A DNA stretch of 62,083 nucleotides from positions 1 through 62,083 of the forward strand of contig DATACK010000027.1 of NCBI GenBank assembly GCA_036259115.1, written 5' to 3'. The translations under genes were made by a program, and so were the position numbers. Below, piece by piece: positions 46,080 to 58,258 of this stretch. The notes beneath the pieces were generated by a model. That model was not told the origin of the DNA. It ran no database searches and saw only the letters and a program-made list of their open reading frames with translations. The DNA is from Gammaproteobacteria bacterium (GTDB taxonomy: Bacteria > Pseudomonadota > Gammaproteobacteria > JACCYU01). The first letter of the stretch is position 1; each line of letters opens with the position of its first letter.

Positions 46080-47056
46080 TAAAGCACACCCGCCCGTAGC
46101 AAATCATGCACATTCAACGCGCCGATCAACATCCCCTGATCGTCGACGACTGGCAGCGAGTTGATCTTGTGGTCCTGCATCATCTTCAACATCTCGGCGG
46201 CGAGTTGCTCTGCGCGCGCGGTCTTGCACTCGCGCGTCATAACCTCCTGTACCTCTGTGGCATGAATATCTATGGCTCTATCGAGTGTGCGGCGCAGGTC
46301 ACCGTCGGTGTATACGCCAATTACCCTTCTATTCCCATCGACTACGGCCGTCATGCCTAAGCCCTTGCGCGTGATCTCAACGAGCGTATCTGAAAGCAAG
46401 GCATTTGGCTTCACCGCCGGCACTCGATCGCCTGTTTGCATGATATCGCCGACGTGCAACAACAGACGCTTTCCTAGGCGTCCGGCAGGATGCGATCGGG
46501 CAAAATCATCGGCGCTGAAACCGCGCGCCTGCAAAAGTGCGATCGCCAGTGCGTCGCCCATAGCGAGCAGCGCCGTGGTGCTGGCAGTGGGCGCTAGGCC
46601 TAAGGGACAGGCCTCTTTTCGCACGCTGACGTCTAGATTCACAGTGGCCACCTGCGCGAGGCTAGAATTGGGATTGCCGGTCATGCTAATCAAGGGCACG
46701 CCTAAGCGCTTGATAAGCGGCACGATGACGCGCAATTCGTCTGTCTCACCGGAATTGGACATGACTATAACCACGTCCTTGGCCGTCACCATGCCAAGAT
46801 CACCGTGGCTGGCTTCGCCAGGATGGACATAGAACGCCGGGCTACCGGTGCTGGCCAAGGTCGCCGCGATCTTCCCGCCGATGTGGCCCGACTTTCCCAT
46901 ACCCATAACCACGATGCGTCCCTCGCAGGCCAGCAGGTATTTGCAAGCGCGCACGAAGCTATCGTCAATCCGCGCCTTGAGATCACTCACGGCCGCCGCC
47001 TCGGTTTCGACCACCGCCAGTGCGAGCGTGCGAATCTGTGATGAATCAATGGACAT
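46079..47056 (-). CDS. kdsD: Arabinose-5-phosphate isomerase
   Basis: SIS domain (GMGKSGHIG.., SNSGET) followed by two CBS domains. The ATG at 47056 gives about 325 aa; the 47179 start in the track adds an atypical extension. Confidence 0.92.
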   Translation of the reverse strand: MSIDSSQIRTLALAVVETEAAAVSDLKARIDDSFVRACKYLLACEGRIVVMGMGKSGHIGGKIAATLASTGSPAFYVHPGEASHGDLGMVTAKDVVIVMSNSGETDELRVIVPLIKRLGVPLISMTGNPNSSLAQVATVNLDVSVRKEACPLGLAPTASTTALLAMGDALAIALLQARGFSADDFARSHPAGRLGKRLLLHVGDIMQTGDRVPAVKPNALLSDTLVEITRKGLGMTAVVDGNRRVIGVYTDGDLRRTLDRAIDIHATEVQEVMTRECKTARAEQLAAEMLKMMQDHKINSLPVVDDQGMLIGALNVHDLLRAGVL

Positions 47057-47201
47057 CGTGGCAGGCATTATAAGTGCAAACGCAGGCCGTTGCGCGCCGA
47101 GCCACGACCATGCTTCTCGCCGCATAAGGTTCAGCCGTGGCGCTGACGGTTGAAAGATTTCGTTTACCGCCAATAGCATATATCATCCGCTTTTTGCTTG
47201 C

Positions 47202-48038
47202 ATGGACTCGATCATCGACACCAACACACCCCACGCTCGCTCACTAGTGGAGATCCGCGATCTGCATTTTGCGCACGGTGAGCGAAAGATTTTTAATGGT
47301 CTCAGCCTGGATATCGCGCGCGGCCAAGTCACTGCCCTTATGGGGCCCAGTGGCACCGGCAAGACCACGCTGTTGAAGCTAATTGGTGGCCAATTGCGGC
47401 CTTCTTGCGGCACCATTCACGTCGACGGCCAGAATGTACACAAGTTGCGCCGCAAAGCCCTTTATGAACTGCGCAAGCGGATGGGCATGCTGTTTCAAAG
47501 CGGGGCGCTTTTGACCGATATCAACGTGTTCGACAACGTAGCCTATCCGCTGCGCGAACATACGCGTCTACCTGAGGCATTAATCCGCGACGTGGTGCTG
47601 ATGAAGCTTGAGGCAGTGGGGCTCAGGGGCGCGCGCGACTTGATGCCGAGTGAACTGTCCGGCGGCATGGCACGACGGGTGGCTCTGGCGCGCGCCATCG
47701 CACTGGATCCCATGATGATCATGTACGATGAGCCTTTCACGGGACTCGATCCGATCACCAAAGGCACCATTGTGACCCTCATCAGCGAGCTCAACGAAAC
47801 CTTAGATGTAACCAGCGTGGTGGTCTCTCACGATGTCGAAGAGACTTTAAGCATCGCGGACCATGTTTATGTCATCGCGGAAGGCCGGCTCATCGAGTCC
47901 GGTACGCCATCCGGCTTACGCGGCAGTTCTTCAGCCTGGGTGCAGCAGTTCATGCAAGGTCAGCCGGACGGACCGGTGCCTTTTCACTACGCGGCTTGCG
48001 ATTATGCGGAAGATCTGTTTGCGGGGTTTGCTAAGTGA
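47202..48038 (+). CDS. mlaF: Phospholipid ABC transporter ATPase MlaF
   Basis: 278 aa. [23 protein letters not shown] and [11 protein letters not shown] motifs. Confidence 0.92.
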   Translation: MDSIIDTNTPHARSLVEIRDLHFAHGERKIFNGLSLDIARGQVTALMGPSGTGKTTLLKLIGGQLRPSCGTIHVDGQNVHKLRRKALYELRKRMGMLFQSGALLTDINVFDNVAYPLREHTRLPEALIRDVVLMKLEAVGLRGARDLMPSELSGGMARRVALARAIALDPMMIMYDEPFTGLDPITKGTIVTLISELNETLDVTSVVVSHDVEETLSIADHVYVIAEGRLIESGTPSGLRGSSSAWVQQFMQGQPDGPVPFHYAACDYAEDLFAGFAK

Positions 48039-48820
48039 TCGGTGCAATTCAAAGCCTGGGACGCTGGGGCTTGGGCGTCTTCGAACGCCTCGGCCGCGGC
48101 ATTATGTTCCTGGTGCGGGTACTGCTGGGTCTCGGTAACCTCGTCACACGGCCAGTCTTGATTATCCGTGAGTTGTATTCGGTCGGCGTCCTGTCGTTCT
48201 TGATTATCCTGGTGTCTGGCCTGTTCGTGGGCATGGTTTTGGGTCTGCAAGGTTATGTAACCCTATCCAGATTCGGCGCCGAGAGTTCTCTGGGCGTGGT
48301 CGTGGCCTTGTCACTGGTGCGCGAGCTAGGACCGGTGGTAACCGCCTTACTCTTCGCCGGGCGCGCGGGTTCGGCGCTGACCGCCGAGATCGGACTCATG
48401 AAGGCGACTGAGCAGTTGTCGGGCATGGAAATGATGGCGGTCGATCCGATCAAACGGGTGGTAGCGCCGCGATTTCTCGCCGGATTCATCGCTATGCCGT
48501 TGCTCGCTGCCATCTTCAGCGCGGTGGGCGTGTATGGTGGAATGTTCGTGGGCGTAGGATTGTTGGGTGTAGACTCAGGCTCATACTGGTCGCAGATGCA
48601 GGCGACAGTGGATCTGCACAATGATATCTTAAACGGCGTGATTAAGAGCTTGGTATTTGGCTTTGTCGCGACGTGGATCGCGGTTTACGAAGGCTACGAT
48701 GCCACCCCGACTTCCGAGGGCGTGAGTCGCGCCACAACGCGCACCGTCGTAAACACCGCGCTGGCTGTGTTGGGGTTGGACTTTATCTTGACGGCACTGA
48801 TGTTCGGCAATCCGCGTTAA
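48035..48820 (+). CDS. mlaE: Phospholipid ABC transporter permease MlaE
   Basis: 261 aa polytopic membrane protein with the ..RELGPV.TAL..AGR.GSA..AE.G.M... motif. Confidence 0.92.
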   Translation: MIGAIQSLGRWGLGVFERLGRGIMFLVRVLLGLGNLVTRPVLIIRELYSVGVLSFLIILVSGLFVGMVLGLQGYVTLSRFGAESSLGVVVALSLVRELGPVVTALLFAGRAGSALTAEIGLMKATEQLSGMEMMAVDPIKRVVAPRFLAGFIAMPLLAAIFSAVGVYGGMFVGVGLLGVDSGSYWSQMQATVDLHNDILNGVIKSLVFGFVATWIAVYEGYDATPTSEGVSRATTRTVVNTALAVLGLDFILTALMFGNPR

Positions 48821-48871
48821 TGATGGCTAAAGATTGCAATCGCTTTCAAGTTAAACGCTTAAAGGTTGTAA

Positions 48872-49330
48872 ATGAATAGGCGAGCAATAGAGATTGTGGT
48901 GGGGTTATTCGTGGCGGCGGGATTTGCCGCGTTGTTTGTGCTCGCCATGCAGGTCAGTAACTTAAATCAACTGAACACCAGCGGCGGCTATCACGTAACC
49001 GCATTTTTTCAGAATATCGGCGGGCTCAAAGTCGGGGCGCCGGTAACTATCTCGGGCGTGACCATCGGGCGAGTATCCAGCATCTGGTATAACCCTAGGC
49101 AGTATGAGGCCGAGGTGAAGATGGACATCGCACCCTCGCAAAACTATCTTCCCAAGGATACCAGCGCGAGTATCTATACCCAAGGCCTGCTGGGAGAACA
49201 ATACATCGCACTCGAACCAGGTGGTTCGCTTCAGAATCTAAAAGATGGTGATGTGATCCACTATACCCAATCCGCATTGGTGCTGGAGGAGATCGTCGGT
49301 AATCTGCTTGCCCGCATGACGACGAAATGA
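48872..49330 (+). CDS. mlaD: MCE-domain protein MlaD
   Basis: 152 aa. N-terminal anchor, then the MCE core (GLKVGAPVTISGVTIGRV). Confidence 0.9.
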   Translation: MNRRAIEIVVGLFVAAGFAALFVLAMQVSNLNQLNTSGGYHVTAFFQNIGGLKVGAPVTISGVTIGRVSSIWYNPRQYEAEVKMDIAPSQNYLPKDTSASIYTQGLLGEQYIALEPGGSLQNLKDGDVIHYTQSALVLEEIVGNLLARMTTK

Positions 49331-49380
49331 AACAATCACCTGGTGCAAGGTTCACATCCACGACCATCAGTCACATGTAA

Positions 49381-50025
49381 ATGTTTACACGAAGATCGAC
49401 AATGACGGCGCTGCTGACCGGCGTACTGATATTGGTAGTGGTGCCAGGGGCTATCGTCTCAGCCGCTGCGAAAAGCCCGCAGGAAATCGTGCAGGACACT
49501 TCGGATAAGGTGCTTAAGATCATCAATAACAGAGGGAAAGAATTAGAGAAAGATGCCGAGGCTCGCATTAAACTCATCAATAAAATTCTTATGCCAGCCA
49601 TCGATTTCCAGGCGTTCTCACAGCTTGTGCTAGGCGTGAACTGGCGCACCGCCACGCCTGAACAACGCAAGCGTTTCATGCAGACCTTTAAGCATATGCT
49701 GGTGCGCACCTATACCAAATCACTATCCGACTATGCCGGCACCGAAGTAACCGTCCTGCCGCCGCGCGGTGAGCAAGGCGACGAGTACCGCACCGTGTAT
49801 ACTGAGATTCGCACAGGCCAAAGCCAAGCGCCGCTTAGGGTCAACTATAGCTTTAGATTCACTGATGGTCACTGGAAGGCTTATGACATGACCATTGATG
49901 GCTTGAGCCTGGTGAAGAACTTCCGCACAAGCTTTGACAATGAGATAGAACGTAATGGGCTGGATGCTTTGATCGAACGCCTGGAGCGTGGTGGGCAGGG
50001 TTTGGCACCCAAAGCGCCACATTGA
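49381..50025 (+). CDS. mlaC: Periplasmic phospholipid-binding protein MlaC
   Basis: 214 aa with a signal peptide and a Tgt2/MlaC-like pattern. Operon position. Confidence 0.85.
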   Translation: MFTRRSTMTALLTGVLILVVVPGAIVSAAAKSPQEIVQDTSDKVLKIINNRGKELEKDAEARIKLINKILMPAIDFQAFSQLVLGVNWRTATPEQRKRFMQTFKHMLVRTYTKSLSDYAGTEVTVLPPRGEQGDEYRTVYTEIRTGQSQAPLRVNYSFRFTDGHWKAYDMTIDGLSLVKNFRTSFDNEIERNGLDALIERLERGGQGLAPKAPH

Positions 50026-50330
50026 AGGCCAGACTTGAAGTGCGCGGCAATGGCCACTTTGCCGTCGAGGGTGAGTTGAGTTTTGCCACCGTCCCTGGCT
50101 TATGGGATCAATCCCGACGGTTGTTTGCAAACGCGCCCAAGTCGATGAACATCGATCTTGCTGCCGTCAAGCGTGCTGATAGTGCGGGCTTGGCATTATT
50201 GGTAGCCTGGACCCGCCAGGGCCGCATTGACGCGAAATCTATTCGCTTGATCAACGCGCCCGGACAAATTATGGCCTTAGCGGAAGCGAACAAGCTCACG
50301 CATTTGTTACCGTTACAAGCCGCGGGATAG
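50022..50330 (+). CDS. mlaB: STAS-domain protein MlaB
   Basis: 102 aa, ..DLAAVKRADSAGLALLVAW... Follows mlaC with a 4-nt overlap. Confidence 0.8.
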   Translation: MKARLEVRGNGHFAVEGELSFATVPGLWDQSRRLFANAPKSMNIDLAAVKRADSAGLALLVAWTRQGRIDAKSIRLINAPGQIMALAEANKLTHLLPLQAAG

Positions 50331-50350
50331 CATAATAAACAGCGCACTGA

Positions 50351-51646
<1,296 letters not shown>

Positions 51647-51750
51647 GACTTTCAGCGACGATGGCCGGAGATAAACATCCTTCGCGCCGCCAAGAAGTGC
51701 AGCGATGCGGAATACGTAAGGACGCAAGGATTCGTAATTGTTCGACACCG

Positions 51751-52377
51751 ATGCCTGAGACATTAACCATCGCCCTGCCCAAAGGTCGTGTTGCCGAAGA
51801 GAGCTTGCCGCTCTTGGCCGCCGCTGGCATTGTGCCGGAAGAAGACCCACGCGACAGTCGTAAGCTGATCCTGAGTTCGAATGTCGCCGATATTAGGCTC
51901 GTCATCGTGCGCGCCGCTGATGTGCCGACCTATGTCCAATACGGTGCCGCAGAGCTCGGTGTCACGGGCAAGGACGTGCTGATGGAGCACGGCGGGGAAG
52001 GTATGTATGAGCCGCTGGATCTAGGTATTGCCCGCTGCCGGATGACAGTGGCAGGCAAAAAAGGCGCGCCGCCGGTAGAAGGCCGTCTGCGGATAGCGAC
52101 CAAATACATCAATTGCACGCGCCGTTACTACGCCGAACAAAGCAAGCAGGTGGAAATCATCAGGCTCTACGGCTCCATGGAACTGGCGCCGCTGGTGGGG
52201 CTTGCGGATTGCATCGTGGACTTGGTCGATTCTGGCAACACGCTAAAAGCGAACGGTTTGGTTCCGCTAGAGCACATCGCGAATATCAGCGCGCGCTTGA
52301 TTGTTAACAAAGCGGCCATGAAAATGAAGCATATGCGGATCAAGCAGTTGATTGAACTGATCCGAGCGGCGCTTTAA
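51751..52377 (+). CDS. hisG: ATP phosphoribosyltransferase, short form
   Basis: The ATG at 51751 gives [22 protein letters not shown].., about 208 aa, with [14 protein letters not shown]. The track ORF start at 51643 overlaps the murA stop and adds non-conserved residues. Confidence 0.92.
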   Translation: MPETLTIALPKGRVAEESLPLLAAAGIVPEEDPRDSRKLILSSNVADIRLVIVRAADVPTYVQYGAAELGVTGKDVLMEHGGEGMYEPLDLGIARCRMTVAGKKGAPPVEGRLRIATKYINCTRRYYAEQSKQVEIIRLYGSMELAPLVGLADCIVDLVDSGNTLKANGLVPLEHIANISARLIVNKAAMKMKHMRIKQLIELIRAAL

Positions 52378-52411
52378 TCGGACTGTTTAGCAGAGGATTT
52401 TTATTATCGCC

Positions 52412-53482
52412 ATGAAATATGAAACTGACGACCTGCGTATCAGTCACATATGCGAGCTGATCTCGCCGCAGGAGTTACGCAGCGAATTGCCCATTACCGA
52501 GCAAGCAGCCAAGACCGTGTATGAGACGCGCCAACAGATTCATCGTCTGTTGCACGGCCAAGACGATCGGTTGCTAACGGTCGTGGGACCTTGTTCGATC
52601 CACGATCCGAGGGCTGCGCTCGATTATGCGCGGCGGCTGCAACCCTTTCGCGAGCGCTTGGCGTCTGAGTTGCTGATCGTAATGCGGCTCTATTTCGAAA
52701 AACCCCGTACCACGGTCGGCTGGAAGGGACTGATCAACGATCCGAATTTGGACGGCAGTTTTGAAATCAACAAGGGATTGCGTCTGGCACGCAAGCTGCT
52801 GCTGGATTTAAACAATATGGACATGCCTGCCGGCACCGAATACTTAGACGTCATCAGCCCGCAATACGTAGCTGACCTCGTCAGTTGGGGTGCCATCGGC
52901 GCGCGCACCACGGAAAGCCAGGTGCATCGCGAACTGGCGTCGGGGCTGTCATGTCCGGTAGGCTTCAAGAATGGCACTGGCGGCAACGTGCAAATTGCGG
53001 TGGATGCCATTCGCTCGGCCTCTCAGCCGCATCATTTCTTATCACTGACCAAGGCTGGGCACTCGGCCATCTTTTCAACTACCGGCAATCGCGACTGCCA
53101 CCTCATCTTGCGCGGCGGCAAGGACACGAACTACGATCCGGATAGTATCGGTGAAGCTGCGCGTAGACTCGAAAGTGCAGGTCTATTAGCGCGCATCATG
53201 GTGGATTGCAGCCACGCTAATAGCCGTAAGCAGCATCAAAATCAGCTAGAGGTCGGCCAAGTGCTAAGCGAACAGATCGCCGCCGGCGACCAGCGCATTG
53301 CCGGCATCATGATAGAGAGCCATCTCGTAGCCGGACGGCAGGATGTTGTCGAAGGCAAGCCATTGACCTACGGACAGAGCATCACTGACGCCTGCCTCGG
53401 CTGGGATGATACACACCCGCTGCTGAATCGCTTAGCACAAGCCGTTAGAACCCGACGTTCGCGCCTGCGGGCGAGCGCCTGA
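52412..53482 (+). CDS. 3-deoxy-7-phosphoheptulonate (DAHP) synthase, class I (AroF/G/H type)
   Basis: 356 aa. ..[12 protein letters not shown].., [15 protein letters not shown] and ..VDCSHANS.. motifs. Confidence 0.93.
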   Translation: MKYETDDLRISHICELISPQELRSELPITEQAAKTVYETRQQIHRLLHGQDDRLLTVVGPCSIHDPRAALDYARRLQPFRERLASELLIVMRLYFEKPRTTVGWKGLINDPNLDGSFEINKGLRLARKLLLDLNNMDMPAGTEYLDVISPQYVADLVSWGAIGARTTESQVHRELASGLSCPVGFKNGTGGNVQIAVDAIRSASQPHHFLSLTKAGHSAIFSTTGNRDCHLILRGGKDTNYDPDSIGEAARRLESAGLLARIMVDCSHANSRKQHQNQLEVGQVLSEQIAAGDQRIAGIMIESHLVAGRQDVVEGKPLTYGQSITDACLGWDDTHPLLNRLAQAVRTRRSRLRASA

Positions 53483-53498
53483 ATATCCGAGCCTTGGA

Positions 53499-54806
53499 AT
53501 GCTCGAGATACAGCGCTTAGACACCGCCACGGCGGATTTCCAGACACGTTTTAATAAGCTGCTCGCGGTAGGCCAGGCGACAGAAAGCGAAGTGCGAGAC
53601 AGGGTAGCGGCGATCGTCGCCGATGTGCGCGCCCGTGGCGATCAGGCATTGCTTGAATACACCCGTCAATTTGACGGCTTTGAGGTCGCGCGGGCCAGCG
53701 AGCTCGAAATACCGCGCACGCGCCTGCAAACTGCCTTGGACGCGCTACCTGCCGCGCAACGGCAAGCGCTGGAGACGGCGGCAGAGCGTCTGACCGCGTA
53801 TGCTCAACATCAGAAGTTGACCGCCTGGGAATACACCGAGGCCGACGGCACGCGCCTAGGTCAAAGAATCACACCGCTAGATAAGGTAGGCCTCTATGTA
53901 CCGGGCGGCAAGGCAGCTTATCCATCTACCCTGTTGATGAACGCGATTCCCGCTCGAGTTGCGGGCGTGAGCGAGCTCATCATAACCGTGCCCACCCCGC
54001 GGGGCGAAGCGAACGATTTGGTGTTGGCGGTGGCGGCCTTCGTCGAGGTCGAACGCGTGTTTACCGTCGGCGGCGCGCAGGCAATCGCAGCGTTTGCCTA
54101 CGGCACGGAAACTATCCCGAAGGTCGACAAGATTGTCGGTCCAGGCAACATCTATGTCGCCACCGCCAAGCGGGAAGTATTCGGCGCGGTCGGCATCGAC
54201 ATGATTGCCGGCCCCAGCGAGGTGGTGGTGATATGCGACGGCCAACCTGCTCCCGATTGGATCGCCGCGGATCTATTCGCGCAGGCCGAACACGATGAAT
54301 TCGCCGGTGCGATGTTACTGTGTCCGGATGCCGCCTACATCGAGCGCGTGACCACGGCCATGGAGGCGTTGCTGCCGTGCATGCCGCGCGCCGATATTAT
54401 CCGCGCTGCCTTGCGCAATCGAGGCGCGTTGATCCGGGTGCGCAACTTGGACGAGGCTCTACATCTTGCCAACTTAGCCGCACCCGAGCATCTTGAACTT
54501 GCAGTCGCCGATCCTGACGCACTAGTCGAGCAAATACATCATGCCGGCGCCATCTTCATAGGCTCGCATAGCCCAGAGGTGCTGGGTGATTACTGCGCAG
54601 GCCCCAACCATGTCCTGCCGACCGCGCGCACTGCGCGCTTTTCATCGCCGCTCGGCGTGTATGATTTTCAAAAGCGCATCAGCTTGGTTGGCTGTTCCCG
54701 TCAAGGCGCAGCTCGGCTGGGACAAACCGCAACCGTGTTGGCGCGGGAAGAAGGATTAGTTGCGCATGCGCACTCGGCAGAGCTGCGGATGGGAGATGGA
54801 CGTTAA
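53499..54806 (+). CDS. hisD: Histidinol dehydrogenase
   Basis: 435 aa. ..[18 protein letters not shown].., QAEHDE and ..[13 protein letters not shown].. motifs. Confidence 0.95.
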   Translation: MLEIQRLDTATADFQTRFNKLLAVGQATESEVRDRVAAIVADVRARGDQALLEYTRQFDGFEVARASELEIPRTRLQTALDALPAAQRQALETAAERLTAYAQHQKLTAWEYTEADGTRLGQRITPLDKVGLYVPGGKAAYPSTLLMNAIPARVAGVSELIITVPTPRGEANDLVLAVAAFVEVERVFTVGGAQAIAAFAYGTETIPKVDKIVGPGNIYVATAKREVFGAVGIDMIAGPSEVVVICDGQPAPDWIAADLFAQAEHDEFAGAMLLCPDAAYIERVTTAMEALLPCMPRADIIRAALRNRGALIRVRNLDEALHLANLAAPEHLELAVADPDALVEQIHHAGAIFIGSHSPEVLGDYCAGPNHVLPTARTARFSSPLGVYDFQKRISLVGCSRQGAARLGQTATVLAREEGLVAHAHSAELRMGDGR

Positions 54807-55264
54807 CGCTCGTGCGCGCCAGACAAGTTGCTACGGCCGCAAAGCTGTCAGCACCAACTGTACGCGCGCATCAGCGCTGGCGTCGAACCTGATCCGGCGC
54901 GCATGCCAGCCATGCCAGTCGATTTGCCGCGCCTGCATTAGGCGATCAAATCCAGCACGTGATGCATGTCCCGCACGATCGCTCTACAGAGCCGTATGAT
55001 CACGTCGCCCGGTTACTACCAGGTCCGCGCAGGACTGCCTTATCATTGCGGCGCTTAGACCAACACCTGCGGTTTACAAAGAAGCGAGTAACCTGCGCAT
55101 GGCCCTTACTTCAAGAATACAGTAGTTCAGCTTTATGGTGACGGATATCGGCTGCGGATGCGGTGACATTTGGGCCCGCCGGATGTGTCCGGTTCAAGGG
55201 CTCTCGTCTGCCGTGCGCATCGGTGTCACAATATGTAAACGCAAGATATCCTATCGTGAGTAGA

Positions 55265-56032
55265 ATGTGGATGGCAGTCGCGCGTGACGAACTTGTCAGT
55301 TACACCAATAGACTCCTCGATATCAGCACTTTTAAGGATTATTGTCCAAATGGCTTACAGGTCGAAGGCCGTGGCGAGGTGAGAAAGCTGATCAGCGGGG
55401 TTACCGCTAGCCGCAGGCTAATCGAAGCCGCTATAGACAGGCGTGCTGACGCCTTACTGGTACATCACGGCTACTTTTGGCGAGGCGAAGGATTGAGCAT
55501 AACCGGCGTCAAGCGCGAACGCCTGCGGCAACTGCTCGTCCACGACATCAATCTGCTGGCCTACCATCTGCCATTGGATGCTCATCCGGAACTGGGCAAT
55601 AACGTACAACTGGCACGTCTTCTCGGTCTGACTATCGCAGGTAACTTGGACCCGTATGCCCAGCCCACCATAGGTCTCCACGGCAGCTTTAGTGAGCCGA
55701 CGACGATCGACGCGGTACAGCGCAGACTATGCGCGGTGTTAGATCGTGAACCCTTGCACATTGCTGGCGGGCCCGCGATGGTTCAGACTGTCGGCTGGTG
55801 CACTGGCGCCGCACAAGATTTCATCGAGCAGGCGGCATCTCTCAAATTGGACGCCTACATCAGCGGCGAGGTCTCTGAACGGACGGTGCATATCGCCCGC
55901 GAGGCCGGTATTCATTACTTCGCCGCCGGTCATCACGCCACCGAGCGCTATGGACCTAAGGCACTTGGGGAACATTTGGCGCGGCAGTTCGGTCTACAGC
56001 ACGAGTTCATCGATATCGACAACCCGGTATAA
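55265..56032 (+). CDS. Nif3-like dinuclear metal centre protein (YbgI family)
   Basis: About 255 aa from the ATG at 55265 or 55271. ..DYCPNGLQVEG.., ..LLVHHG.FW.. and the C-terminal ..AGHHATERYG.. motif. Confidence 0.88.
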   Translation: MWMAVARDELVSYTNRLLDISTFKDYCPNGLQVEGRGEVRKLISGVTASRRLIEAAIDRRADALLVHHGYFWRGEGLSITGVKRERLRQLLVHDINLLAYHLPLDAHPELGNNVQLARLLGLTIAGNLDPYAQPTIGLHGSFSEPTTIDAVQRRLCAVLDREPLHIAGGPAMVQTVGWCTGAAQDFIEQAASLKLDAYISGEVSERTVHIAREAGIHYFAAGHHATERYGPKALGEHLARQFGLQHEFIDIDNPV

Positions 56033-56228
56033 TCCTGGCGCGGCTTGCACCGCAGGTGGTGCTTGTGCATGTGCGCGCTCGACGTTATGCCTCAGTTAGG
56101 CGAGGCTACGCCGCCTTGCGGCGTCAGATGCGGCTCCTGTGTCGGGGCAACGTCCAAGGGAATCAATCCATTCCCACCTAAAGCCGTCCCCATGTCTATA
56201 ATATAAAGCATTTTTGGAGAGATTGGTG

Positions 56229-56840
56229 ATGCCGACTGATGGCGCAGATCTGAAACGCCGCCGTTTCTTGGCGGCTGCAACCAGCGTGGTCGGCGGCGCG
56301 GGCATCGTCGCCGTGGCGTGGCCGTTTGTATCATCTATGCAGCCGAGCGCGCGCGCGAAGGCCGCTGGCGCCCCAGTTGAGGTTAGCGTCGCCAAGATCG
56401 AGCCCGGCCAGCTCATCCGTCAGGAATGGCGCGGCAAACCGATCTGGATCGTGCGACGCACTGAGCGCATGCTCAAGAGCCTGGACAAGGTTGAGCCAAA
56501 ATTGAGAGACCCCCATTCCAGAATCACCTCGCAGCAACCTCCATACTGCCAAAATCAATGGCGTTCCATCAAACCTGAGTACCTGGTGCTGATTGGGATC
56601 TGCACACATTTGGGCTGTTCACCCACCTATCGTCCCGAAATGGCGTCGCCGGACTTAGGTGCGGATTGGGTTGGCGGATTCTTCTGTGCATGCCACGGTT
56701 CACGCTACGATCTGGCTGGCCGCGTGTTTAAGGACATGCCCGCTCCGCTCAACTTGGAAGTGCCGCCTAATAAGTACCTTAGCGACACCCGCATCCTGGT
56801 CGGCGTCGACCAGGGCAGCAATAGCGAAGAGGCAAGCTGA
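56229..56840 (+). CDS. petA: Ubiquinol-cytochrome c reductase Rieske iron-sulfur subunit
   Basis: Twin-arginine signal KRRRFLAAA, and Rieske boxes CTHLGC and CACHGSRYD. The ATG at 56229 is preceded by GGAGA. Confidence 0.93.
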   Translation: MPTDGADLKRRRFLAAATSVVGGAGIVAVAWPFVSSMQPSARAKAAGAPVEVSVAKIEPGQLIRQEWRGKPIWIVRRTERMLKSLDKVEPKLRDPHSRITSQQPPYCQNQWRSIKPEYLVLIGICTHLGCSPTYRPEMASPDLGADWVGGFFCACHGSRYDLAGRVFKDMPAPLNLEVPPNKYLSDTRILVGVDQGSNSEEAS

Positions 56841-58258
56841 TGGCAAGCTCGAATCACGGGTTTATGCATTGGTTGGATGAGCGCTTTCCGCTGACCGAGA
56901 CGTGGGAAACACACGTCTCGAAGTATTTCTCGCCTGATAATTTCAACATCTGGTATTACTTCGGCTCGCTCGCGATGCTGGTGCTAGTAATCCAATTGGT
57001 TAGCGGCATCTTCCTGACCATGCACTACATACCCAGCGCTGCCGAGGCCTTCGACTCGGTCGAGCACATCATGCGCGATGTGAACTGGGGCTGGCTCATC
57101 CGTTACATGCATTCCACGGGCGCGTCCGCCTTTTTCATCGTCATTTACATCCACATGTTCCGCGGGCTCATGTACGGCTCCTTCAAACCGCCGCGCGAGC
57201 TGGTTTGGATCATTGGCATGCTGATCTATCTAGCGCTGATGGCCGAGGCCTTCATGGGCTATCTGCTGCCCTGGGGTCAGATGTCTTACTGGGGCGCGCA
57301 GGTCATCGTCAACCTGTTTAGCACCATCCCGATCATCGGCGATGAGCTGGCCTTGTGGATCCGCGGCGACTACGTGGTGTCCGACGCGACCCTAAGTCGG
57401 TTTTTCGCCCTGCACGTGGCGCTCATACCATTGGTATTGGTCGGCCTGGTCATCGCGCACATCTCGGCCTTGCATAAGGTCGGCTCCAATAATCCGGAAG
57501 GTATAGAATTAAAGAAGGACAAGGACAAAGACATTGTGCCGGCCGGCAGCGTACCGTTCCATCCGTATTACACGGTCAAAGATACCTTTGGGGCTGTCGC
57601 CTTCCTGATTGTATTTTGCGCCGTGATGTTTTTCGCGCCCACGATGGGGGGTTATTTCCTCGAAGCGAATAATTTCATCCCGGCCGACCCGCTGGTCACG
57701 CCAGAACACATCGCGCCCGTTTGGTACTTCACACCGTTTTACTCGATTCTGCGCGCCGTCCCTTCGGTGCCTACCCCATTTCCTGGCGTGGTGGCGATGG
57801 GAACTGCGGTGCTGGTGTTCTTTTTTATGCCCTGGATCGATCGCAATCCCATTAAATCGGTGCGCTATCGCAGTCCGCTACACAAGGTCAACCTCATAGC
57901 CTTCGTCGTCGCGTTCATCGTGCTCGGGTACCTCGGCACACTGCCCGCGACTCCAGCGCTCAGCGAGTGGGCCACACGCTTCGCGGAGATCTATTTCTTG
58001 TTTTTCTTTGTGTTGTGGATCTATAGCCGGCCGCGCAGTGCTGTATATCACATCGCTTGGTTTATCGTCCTGTTGGGCGCGATCACCTTGTACGACCTCA
58101 TGCGTTATAATCCAGATACGGCCGGCTTGATCGCCACGCGATGGTTCGTACCGGCGGCCTACCTGGTGGTTATGCTGATATTACCGCTATTCACCCGTTT
58201 GGGTCAGGATAGACAGGTGCCAGAACAGCTGAAGGCCGCGAGCGTCCGGCATGTGTAG
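56840..58258 (+). CDS. petB: Cytochrome b of the bc1 complex, with a C-terminal extension
   Basis: 472 aa. Haem-ligand histidines in ..RYMHSTGAS.FF...Y.HM.RG.. and ..FFALHV..P.., PWGQMSYWGAQV, and the Qo-site motif PEHIAPVWYF. Confidence 0.94.
   Translation: MASSNHGFMHWLDERFPLTETWETHVSKYFSPDNFNIWYYFGSLAMLVLVIQLVSGIFLTMHYIPSAAEAFDSVEHIMRDVNWGWLIRYMHSTGASAFFIVIYIHMFRGLMYGSFKPPRELVWIIGMLIYLALMAEAFMGYLLPWGQMSYWGAQVIVNLFSTIPIIGDELALWIRGDYVVSDATLSRFFALHVALIPLVLVGLVIAHISALHKVGSNNPEGIELKKDKDKDIVPAGSVPFHPYYTVKDTFGAVAFLIVFCAVMFFAPTMGGYFLEANNFIPADPLVTPEHIAPVWYFTPFYSILRAVPSVPTPFPGVVAMGTAVLVFFFMPWIDRNPIKSVRYRSPLHKVNLIAFVVAFIVLGYLGTLPATPALSEWATRFAEIYFLFFFVLWIYSRPRSAVYHIAWFIVLLGAITLYDLMRYNPDTAGLIATRWFVPAAYLVVMLILPLFTRLGQDRQVPEQLKAASVRHV

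Noticed and set aside
46272-46832. 186-aa ORF antisense to kdsD. Similar cases lie opposite rpoN (42619-43101), sufS (30679-31200), murE, murC and others.
   Set aside because: All are nested within well-supported genes on the other strand and show low-complexity composition. I treat them as non-coding shadows.
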